Below are positions 57,439-64,000 of a stretch of 64,000 nt of DNA, piece by piece. Position 1 is the first letter of the stretch. The number at the start of each line of letters is the position of its first letter. Position numbers and translations under genes: made by a program. The stretch is taken from NCBI GenBank assembly GCA_011605725.1, contig JAAOZP010000012.1:216821-280820 (forward strand), in the 5' to 3' direction. This DNA comes from Nitrososphaerota archaeon (GTDB lineage Archaea > Thermoproteota > EX4484-205 > JAAOZP01). The notes under the pieces are model-generated. The model was given only the letters and a program-made list of their open reading frames with translations. It was not told the DNA's origin and made no database searches.

Positions 57439-58635
57439 ATGAGCCAGGAAACAGTTGAAGCCTACTCTAGACAATGGATTGCAGTATTCGTGATAGCAGG
57501 CCTGGTAACTGCTGGACTAATAGTGTCTTTCCTCCTTCTTTATTCAGAGTTAGTCCAGCTTAACGAGAGGTTTGAAAACCTAGAGTTAGCAGTAAAGCAG
57601 TTAAGCGACGATGTTAATAGGATTAAGAGTATTCAGGCGAGTCCAAGCATAGTTTACCTTAACACGAGCTTCACCAACCTCTATGAGAAAACTATCAGAG
57701 GCATTGTGATGGTAACGGGGTTAACTCAGTCCCTAGGGGGAGACATGGGTCTCGGCTCAGGTTTCGTGGTTAAATATCGCTCATCATACTATATTTTGAC
57801 AAACTACCACGTGGTGAGAAACGTGAATAATCTTACAGTGACCTTTTTCAACGGGGAAAGCTATCCTGCTAAGATAGTGGGCACCGACCCTTATAGCGAC
57901 CTAGCCGTTTTAAATAGCACTGCTCCATCGGAGCTTTACTATCCTTTAAACATGACTTTCAGCAGCACTCTAAGGGTTGGAGACATAGTGATAGCAATAG
58001 GTAACCCCTTTGGGTTAACAGGCACCATGACGACAGGTGTTGTAAGCCAGCTTGGCCGGACGATAACGAGCGAGTTCACAGGAGGCTATGCTATAGCGAA
58101 CATTATTCAGACAAGTGCGCCGATAAACCCTGGTAATTCAGGAGGACCATTGCTTAACGTTAAGGGGGAGGTAGTTGGGATGAACACTGCCATAGTAAGG
58201 GATAGTCAAGGCGTTGGTTTCGCAATCCCGTCTAACACGATTCTGAGAGAACTGCCATTCCTAGTGGAGACGGGTGGCTACGACATGCATCCGTGGCTTG
58301 GCTTAAAAGGAATTAACGTGAACTATTATATAGCTAAAGCAGCTGGTTTAAACGTTACTTACGGCTGGCTTATTCAGGAAGTTATTCCCGGAGGCCCTTC
58401 AGATAAGGCGGGTCTGAAAGGAGGGTCAAAAACAATGACTGTCCTAGGAACCGAGATAAAGGTTGGTGGAGACCTGATAATTTCTATAGATGAACATCCT
58501 GTTAAGGATAGTGACGACATAGCTAGGGTGCTAGCGGAATACGCTTACCCTGGAAAGACGGTTAACCTGACGATTATCAGAGAAGGCCGGAAGCTGGTTA
58601 TCCCAGTAATCCTCGGGAAAAGGCCTCCGCCTTAA
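57439..58635 (+). CDS. HtrA/DegP-like membrane-anchored serine protease with PDZ domain
   Basis: N-terminal TM and coiled coil; TNYHV, SDLAV and GNSGGP catalytic triad; PDZ domain. Confidence 0.95.
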   Translation: MSQETVEAYSRQWIAVFVIAGLVTAGLIVSFLLLYSELVQLNERFENLELAVKQLSDDVNRIKSIQASPSIVYLNTSFTNLYEKTIRGIVMVTGLTQSLGGDMGLGSGFVVKYRSSYYILTNYHVVRNVNNLTVTFFNGESYPAKIVGTDPYSDLAVLNSTAPSELYYPLNMTFSSTLRVGDIVIAIGNPFGLTGTMTTGVVSQLGRTITSEFTGGYAIANIIQTSAPINPGNSGGPLLNVKGEVVGMNTAIVRDSQGVGFAIPSNTILRELPFLVETGGYDMHPWLGLKGINVNYYIAKAAGLNVTYGWLIQEVIPGGPSDKAGLKGGSKTMTVLGTEIKVGGDLIISIDEHPVKDSDDIARVLAEYAYPGKTVNLTIIREGRKLVIPVILGKRPPP

Positions 58636-58641
58636 AACAGT

Positions 58642-59790
58642 TTATTCTATAGTCTTGCTCCACATTTCTTTAGCAAGCCTACCTTCATACTTCATCAGGC
58701 TAAGCCTCTCCCTTGCGTCTTCACGCCTAACACTATGCTTCTCAAGAAACCTCTTAACCTTCTCCACCAGAATCTCCTTTATCTCTCCGCTCAGCATCCT
58801 TCCCGACGAGTACTCCTCACGGATCCTCATGAGCTTCTCATCGTCCTCCTCAAAGAAGAAGTGGAGCCACTGGTATGGCACGTCTACATCCGGGTTTCCA
58901 CCGAGCCTCCTGTGTTCCTCAACAGTTGGCTGTCCTCCTGAAAAAGCCTGAAATATTTTTCTCCGAATACTCTTCTCATCCTCGTTAAGGTAGATAGCAC
59001 TCTCTGGTTGAGAAGCGCTCATCTTGCCAGAGGGCCCGGTTAAGGGAGGGAGAAACTTGCAGTGGATAGCTGCAGTCTTATGATAGCCGAAGCTTTCAGC
59101 AATATCCCTCTGAATCCTCCAATATGGATCCTGGTCTATCGCAGCCGGTATTAAACACCGTCTCTTCTCGAAGAAAGTCACGCATATTTGGAAAGCAGGG
59201 TAGAAAATCATGCCTATGTTCGTGCTCGCGTCAAAGCCGAAAACAGCTCTGACCCAGCTGAAATTAACCTTCTTAGCAATCTTCAGAACCATAGGATACA
59301 TGTTACGTACATACTCCATATCTTGAAATATGAAAGTCCTGTCAGGGTCAAACCCTACTGCAGCAATATCAAGCGCGTTCTCATAGGACCATCTTCTGAC
59401 ATCCTCGATAGTAAGATTCCTGCTTTCCTCAAGGAATTTCTCGTCATCCGTCAGCTCAATGTAAACGTTGCATCCAAACCTGTCTTGAAGCCATTTAGTG
59501 AAGTAGAATGGAATAATGTGTCCCAGGGTCATGGGTCCGCTTGGCCCCCTGCCAGTGTAGAGGAAGAACCCCCTCCCAGCCTCATAATCATCCAGAACCT
59601 TGTCTAGATCCCTGTGGGAGAAGAAGATGCCTCTCCTAAGGAGAAGATGGTCTTCTCCAGCTAGTTTAACAAGCCTGTTTTTAAGCTCTGAAGTAAGAGG
59701 CTCAGTCCCAAATTCCCTTATCAGCTTCTCATAGTCTACAACGCCTTCTACAGTCCAAGGAGTAACCTTGAACTCGTCCTGCTGCACCAT
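58642..59790 (-). CDS. trpS: Tryptophan--tRNA ligase (archaeal/eukaryal type)
   Basis: VTPW, YTGRGPSG.MTLGH, IDQDPYWR, KMSAS and AFSGG motifs. Start placed at MVQQDEF; ORF track extends to 59847. Confidence 0.97.
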   Translation of the reverse strand: MVQQDEFKVTPWTVEGVVDYEKLIREFGTEPLTSELKNRLVKLAGEDHLLLRRGIFFSHRDLDKVLDDYEAGRGFFLYTGRGPSGPMTLGHIIPFYFTKWLQDRFGCNVYIELTDDEKFLEESRNLTIEDVRRWSYENALDIAAVGFDPDRTFIFQDMEYVRNMYPMVLKIAKKVNFSWVRAVFGFDASTNIGMIFYPAFQICVTFFEKRRCLIPAAIDQDPYWRIQRDIAESFGYHKTAAIHCKFLPPLTGPSGKMSASQPESAIYLNEDEKSIRRKIFQAFSGGQPTVEEHRRLGGNPDVDVPYQWLHFFFEEDDEKLMRIREEYSSGRMLSGEIKEILVEKVKRFLEKHSVRREDARERLSLMKYEGRLAKEMWSKTIE

Positions 59791-59935
59791 TTCCGCCAGA
59801 AAAGCCTCGTTAAGACTTTTTAAAGCTTGAATTAAATCCCCGGCCACGGCTAAATTAATTGGCTAAACACCCTTTTGAACAATATTTATTCACTATCCAA
59901 AATGTTTTTTAACAACAGAATCCGTTTCGAGAGGG

Positions 59936-60337
59936 ATGAAGTATAGGCTTATGGACCTGCTTGCCTGCCCTATTGATAAGAATTTCCCCTTGAAACTAAT
60001 AGTTCTTCAAGAAGAAGAGAGAAGCATTGAGTTTAAGCATGAGAACGTAGTGTGTGAGCTATACTGTGGTCTAAAGGCAGCCTATGTTAAAGACACTATC
60101 CTCAGCGCCGAGGTTTGTAACAGATGCATGAAGATGGAGATACTAAACGGTGTTTTAATATGCTCCAAGTGCAACAGGTGGTACCCGATCGTGGACGAAA
60201 TTCCACAGCTTCTACCCGACGAATTGAGAGAGAAGGATGAAGACCTCTCCTTCTTAAAAAGGTATGCTGAAAAGATTCCTAAAAACATACTTGAGGAAGG
60301 GAAGCCTTTTAACATCGTGACGACAACCGAACGCTAA
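59936..60337 (+). CDS. Trm112-family methyltransferase activator
   Basis: LMDLLACP.DK.FPL...G.L.C..C.RWYPI.DEIP.LLPD. Confidence 0.92.
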   Translation: MKYRLMDLLACPIDKNFPLKLIVLQEEERSIEFKHENVVCELYCGLKAAYVKDTILSAEVCNRCMKMEILNGVLICSKCNRWYPIVDEIPQLLPDELREKDEDLSFLKRYAEKIPKNILEEGKPFNIVTTTER

Positions 60338-60458
60338 ACTTCTCTGAGCCGCATCCCAGACACACATAAATGCTTGTGGCTGGAGAAAGAACCGCTAAGC
60401 ATTAGAAGACCTTAAACATGCGGAGGCTAAGCTTATTCTTTTTCATCCAAGTGGGCTG

Positions 60459-61163
60459 CTAAATATTTCTAATCTCACAGACTTCGAATAAAAGCTTTAT
60501 TTCGTCACGTATTTTTTCAAGCTCACCCGCCTGATAAACCTGTTTCTCCAGAAAAGATTTATCAAGGGTTTTAGTCGGTTTAAATTGTTGAATAAAGAAC
60601 CTTTTCGCGCCTTTAAGCCACTCGGCTATAGCCAAAATATCCTCCTTTGCAAGGAGCTCAGGAACAACTGTTGTCCTAAACTCATGCTCTGGAAAAGCCT
60701 TAACCATATTCACGCTTTCAGCAATCTTGTTTAAATCAACCTTCACCCTTACCACGCTCTCGTATTTTTCTAACGGTGCTTTAACATCCATAGCAATGTA
60801 GTCGACAAGCTTCTCCCTTACGAGTGTGCTCAACATCTCAGGATTCGTCCCATTTGTATCCAGTTTAACAGAATACCCTAGGTTCCTAATCCTCTTGACG
60901 AAGGCTGGAAGATCATTGTGAAGAGTCGGTTCTCCACCAGTTATGCACACACCTTCGAGAAAACCTTTTCTCTCAACAAGAAAGCGAAACACGTCTTCCT
61001 CAGGAATAGGCGGAGTTCCGTCATCCGTGACTAGCTCCGGATTATGGCAGTAGGGGCAACGGAAGTTGCAGCCGAACGTGAATAGTGTGCATGCAACTTT
61101 ACCCGGGTAATCTATCAGACTCAGTTTCTGTATTCCCTTTATTATCAAGCCCTGACCGCACAA
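60459..61163 (-). CDS. nrdG: Anaerobic ribonucleotide reductase activating protein (radical SAM)
   Basis: SLIDYPG, GCNFRCPYCHN, TGGEPT, KLDTNG, MDVKA and EFRTT motifs. Confidence 0.92.
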   Translation of the reverse strand: MCGQGLIIKGIQKLSLIDYPGKVACTLFTFGCNFRCPYCHNPELVTDDGTPPIPEEDVFRFLVERKGFLEGVCITGGEPTLHNDLPAFVKRIRNLGYSVKLDTNGTNPEMLSTLVREKLVDYIAMDVKAPLEKYESVVRVKVDLNKIAESVNMVKAFPEHEFRTTVVPELLAKEDILAIAEWLKGAKRFFIQQFKPTKTLDKSFLEKQVYQAGELEKIRDEIKLLFEVCEIRNI

Positions 61164-61213
61164 GTTTCAAAAGGGAGATTTAAGGTTTATTCTGAAAGAG
61201 ATCAAAGGCTCTT

Positions 61214-61226
61214 CGCACGCGCGCTA
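61214..61226. repeat. Palindrome copy CGCACGCGCGCTA
   Basis: Seen directly; at the 5' breakpoint of an ATPase remnant. Confidence 0.88.
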
Positions 61227-61640
61227 TCAATGGAAATAGCAGCGAGCTTGAGGGGGGAAGGACACTATCATATTATATTTATCCGTTCAGCTTTAAGGAG
61301 TTCCTGAGGGCCAAGGGATTCAAAATAGGAAAACATCTTTCATCTTCATAGAAATCCATATCTCTGAATCTTCTTCAGAAGTATATAAGGGGGAGCTATC
61401 CTGAGGCGGTACTCTTCGAAGAGGAGAAAGAGAAAATATGAAAGAGATATTTGACGTTACGATTTATAGGGATATTATAAAGAGGTTTAAGGTTAAGAAC
61501 ATAAGAACTCTGAGATTGCTGGTTAAAGGTCTGATGTCTTCCACACACTTTTCAATCCATAAGTTTTACAACTATCTCAAGTCCCTAGGAATAAGGGTTG
61601 CAAAAATACTATTTACAACTATGTAGAGCATTTTTTAGAC
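61224..61640 (+). pseudogene. Internal fragment of an AAA/DUF4143-family ATPase
   Basis: LSMEIAASLRG/RTLSYYIYPFSFKEFL...GSYPEAV...IYRDII.RF...FSIHKFYNYLKSLG..V.K/NTIYNY, with stops and frameshifts. Confidence 0.85.
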
Positions 61641-61749
61641 TCGCCCTCAACTCCCTGGCCTCATGCTGAAGCTAAACTCAGCCCCGCACCGTGCGGCACG
61701 TTGTATAGGCCGCTCAGCCCATGCTCTATTATGTGCGTAGCCCAGTCCT

Positions 61750-62030
61750 CAATCTCCATAGCCAGGAGGAGTTCTGTCCTACTCCAGAGCTGCCATCCGA
61801 AGAAGGCTCTCTCGGGATGAGGCATCATGCCCGTCACGCTACCCTTCTTATTACATATTCCAGCAATATCGTATGTTGAGCCATTCGGGTTGTACGGGTA
61901 CCGGCTGTTAGCGTCATCCCCGCTAGGAAGAACGTATCTGAAGACAATCGCCTGTTCTCTATAAGTCCTTCCAAGGTATCTTCAGATGCTAGAAACCGTC
62001 ATTCAGCATGCTTATCGCAATTTCTATGAT
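61750..62030 (-). pseudogene. purQ: C-terminal fragment of phosphoribosylformylglycinamidine synthase subunit PurQ
   Basis: IVFRY...[33 protein letters not shown], preceded by a broken (S)HAE-G-RF motif. Confidence 0.88.
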
Positions 62031-62032
62031 TT

Positions 62033-62042
62033 AGTGCGCGAT
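62033..62042. repeat. Degenerate palindrome copy AGTGCGCGAT
   Basis: At the 5' truncation point of the purQ fragment, just downstream of the ATPase gene. Confidence 0.65.
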
Positions 62043-62059
62043 GCTTGCGGTATAACTCA

Positions 62060-63316
62060 CTATATATCAATACTTGCCAGAAAGAGGGGCACCTCTAATC
62101 TAGTCAATACTAAAACGTCCTTAAGATGCTTCGGCTTAATCCAGCTTCCGAAACCTGTCTTAACCTCTATTCCAAACTGCCTATGATTGATTATGGCAAC
62201 GACATCAACCTCCGTTTTATTCCTCCAATAGAAGACGGGATACTTCCTAGCTAAATGAGCGGCTACCACTGATTCAAGCTTATCGTCTTCAATCGGCTTC
62301 ATATTCACCAATTCGCAAACAGTGTCGTAGAGAAATGGATCCGTTACATGTATCTTCTTATTCTTCCTATAGATGATCTTAGAATCAACGTCTAGGAAGT
62401 TGAGTATTTTAACTACGAACAGTTTTTCAAGATCCTCAACGTAAGCCTGCGTCGTATGAGGAGAGGATACTGATGTCTCTCTTGATATGCTCAGCCAACT
62501 TATTGGAGCCAGCCTAGCACCCACTACGTAGGCGAGAATTTCCTTCATATAAGCTTCGTTTCTACCTAATTTCGCAAAGTCGTTTCTCAACCAGTCTATG
62601 TATGTTTTCCTAGTCTCGAAAGATATTCTGCCCCTAGTATGCATCTCCTCTATAGGGAGTGGGAACCCGCCGGTTAGCAAGTACTTGTTGAAAAACTCGT
62701 TAAGGAGATCCTGGTGCACTCTGTTAGTTCTCATCGAGTATTCTATTTGAGCAAGGCCTCCCCTTGCTGTTTCCAGATTGCTCAAAGCTTTCAAGTATTG
62801 AGAAAAGCTCAATGGATGGAAAACAATATCTCTCCCCCTACCCCTCCTCCCAGGGAAATACTCTTTCTGTTTCAATATCTCCAAGCTGGCGGACCCGCTG
62901 ACCACGATAACATCATTTCTGAAAACACCCTGGTCGATACGTATCTTAAGGGCCCTATGCCATTCTTCAACGAAAGTAATCTCGTCCAGGACGATGAAAG
63001 AAGATTTTATCCCGCTACCGTTCCTAAAGCCAACGTAGTTATCTAAAACCTCTCCGAGCTCTTTAAAACTCGTAAGCTCTTCGCAAGAGAAGTAAAAAAT
63101 CGCCCTCGGATCAACCCTCGGAATGAGAAACTTGTTAATCCATATCTTTAAAGCCGTGGTCTTACCCACCTGTCTCGGCCCAACCAGGAAGTTTAAGGAA
63201 AAAGGCTCGAAAGAAAACTGCTCAACCACCGGAGGAACCCACTTAACCCCTTTTTTCTCCCACTCCTCGAAAGTCCTATCGGATTCCCGATACCACCAAG
63301 GGTTCTGCGATTCCAT
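62060..63316 (-). CDS. AAA-family ATPase with DUF4143/PD-(D/E)XK-like C-terminus
   Basis: QNPWW, GPRQVGKTT, LDEI, SGSA, GRRG, GGFP, KK....DP and EVD...IEVK motifs. Confidence 0.93.
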   Translation of the reverse strand: MESQNPWWYRESDRTFEEWEKKGVKWVPPVVEQFSFEPFSLNFLVGPRQVGKTTALKIWINKFLIPRVDPRAIFYFSCEELTSFKELGEVLDNYVGFRNGSGIKSSFIVLDEITFVEEWHRALKIRIDQGVFRNDVIVVSGSASLEILKQKEYFPGRRGRGRDIVFHPLSFSQYLKALSNLETARGGLAQIEYSMRTNRVHQDLLNEFFNKYLLTGGFPLPIEEMHTRGRISFETRKTYIDWLRNDFAKLGRNEAYMKEILAYVVGARLAPISWLSISRETSVSSPHTTQAYVEDLEKLFVVKILNFLDVDSKIIYRKNKKIHVTDPFLYDTVCELVNMKPIEDDKLESVVAAHLARKYPVFYWRNKTEVDVVAIINHRQFGIEVKTGFGSWIKPKHLKDVLVLTRLEVPLFLASIDI

Positions 63317-63379
63317 TGCAATCTTATTGCAAATGATTATTTATAAACTTTTGCATCATAAATGCAATAATTTACTGCA
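63317..63379. promoter_or_regulatory. Five TGCA boxes around the TATA-like element of the ATPase promoter
   Basis: TGCA at 63317, 63328, 63352, 63363 and 63376, flanking TTTATAAA at about 63340. Confidence 0.5.
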
Positions 63380-63385
63380 CATGCT

Positions 63386-63395
63386 AGCGCGCGCT
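63386..63395. repeat. Perfect palindrome AGCGCGCGCT
   Basis: Seen directly; between the ATPase promoter and the end of the upstream gene. Confidence 0.92.
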
Positions 63396-63410
63396 TCCTT
63401 ACGCTCAGCT

Positions 63411-64000
63411 TTAGACTTTAGTATAGAGCTCGATGTTTAGTTCTTTCGCCGCATTTACGGCTTCCTCGTCAGCATAAGGAGTTACTAGCATGACTCTGGC
63501 AGGGGTTTTTCCAGTTTTCTTCTCATAGAAATCAGCTTTTGCTCTCAACAACGAGATATCAGACCTTCTGGCATGGGAAGTTACTTCCACCAGTATGACC
63601 TTCTCATCGTGTACGACGACATCTACTTCAACATCACTCGGGTAGCTGTATACTATGCCTTCTCCATCATACTCCCTCCACTTCTCAACCTTAAACCCAA
63701 GTTCTTTCTCTAAGAGGCCTTTTATTCCTTCTCTGAATGCTTGTTCGCTTATTATCCCCCATCTTGCTCCAATGGCTGTAATATGTCTCTCCATGATTGC
63801 AAAGCCGCGGTTCATATCTTCCCTTAACTTAATAATTTCCATGCTTAGTTCCTCAAACCTCCTATCGTGCTCAGCAAACCTTTCGAAGATCTCTTCAAAC
63901 TTCTTATCGTGTTCAGCCAGTCTCTCCAGGATTTCGTTGAACTTCCTATCGTGCTCAGCAAACCTTTCGAAGATCTCTTCAAACTTCTTATCGTGTTCAG
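63411..64000 (-). CDS. Coiled-coil-repeat protein with C-terminal PD-(D/E)XK-like domain (DUF3782-like); 5' end outside window
   Basis: Frame is open to the window edge: EHDKKFEEIFERFA repeats, then AIGARWG..SE.AFR.G, EVDVV...LVEVTS. Confidence 0.88.
   Translation of the reverse strand, partial: EHDKKFEEIFERFAEHDRKFNEILERLAEHDKKFEEIFERFAEHDRRFEELSMEIIKLREDMNRGFAIMERHITAIGARWGIISEQAFREGIKGLLEKELGFKVEKWREYDGEGIVYSYPSDVEVDVVVHDEKVILVEVTSHARRSDISLLRAKADFYEKKTGKTPARVMLVTPYADEEAVNAAKELNIELYTKV
63861..64000. repeat. Intragenic tandem repeat, 42-bp units with an 84-bp higher-order period
   Basis: 63861-63916 is identical to 63945-64000. Confidence 0.92.

Noticed and set aside
60346-60430. Branched hairpin between the convergent Trm112 and nrdG genes
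   Set aside because: Stems are short and imperfect; it could be a terminator or chance, and has no family signature.
1681-63395. GCGCGC junctions as a restriction-ligation or assembly artefact
   Set aside because: Run lengths vary, decayed copies exist, and adjacent fragments carry accumulated stops and frameshifts, all pointing to old in vivo events. Not fully excluded without reads.
63861-64000. Repeats resembling a CRISPR array
   Set aside because: They are in-frame coding repeats without unique spacers, and there are no cas genes.
1-64000. tRNA, rRNA, transposase or integrase genes
   Set aside because: I recognised no T-loop/cloverleaf, rRNA-like segment or recombinase motif by eye.

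Overview
Gene-dense archaeal chromosomal segment with moderate GC. Archaeal FEN1, PINA, Trm112, TrpRS, nadA/nadC/nadX and many sugar-catabolic Gfo/Idh/MocA, AP-endonuclease-2 and URO-D-family genes suggest a TACK heterotroph of the Bathyarchaeia/Brockarchaeota type; this taxonomy is an inference. I found no rRNA, tRNA, CRISPR array, transposase or integrase. Gene order is highly shuffled and the spacers contain many gene fragments. The main observation is a short palindrome, consensus (T)AGCGCGCGCT(A). By eye, all 10 GCGCGC hexamers lie outside intact genes. They occur at stop codons, between single-gene modules, and at the breakpoints of truncated or internally deleted genes (a GH63-like hydrolase, an ATPase, a surface protein). 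Further degenerate copies, which differ mainly by CpG-type transitions, occupy the same kinds of position, including the ends of the purQ and AbrB remnants. This suggests a possibly methylated recombination or cassette-boundary signal reminiscent of cyanobacterial HIP1. Other points of interest: an NAD-kinase/wHTH fusion lacking the GGDG motif, divergent from the NAD synthesis operon; a gingipain-like C25 protease clustered with an exported serpin; and a DUF72-SWIM fusion. All calls were made by eye from the sequence and the ORF track; no database search was run.
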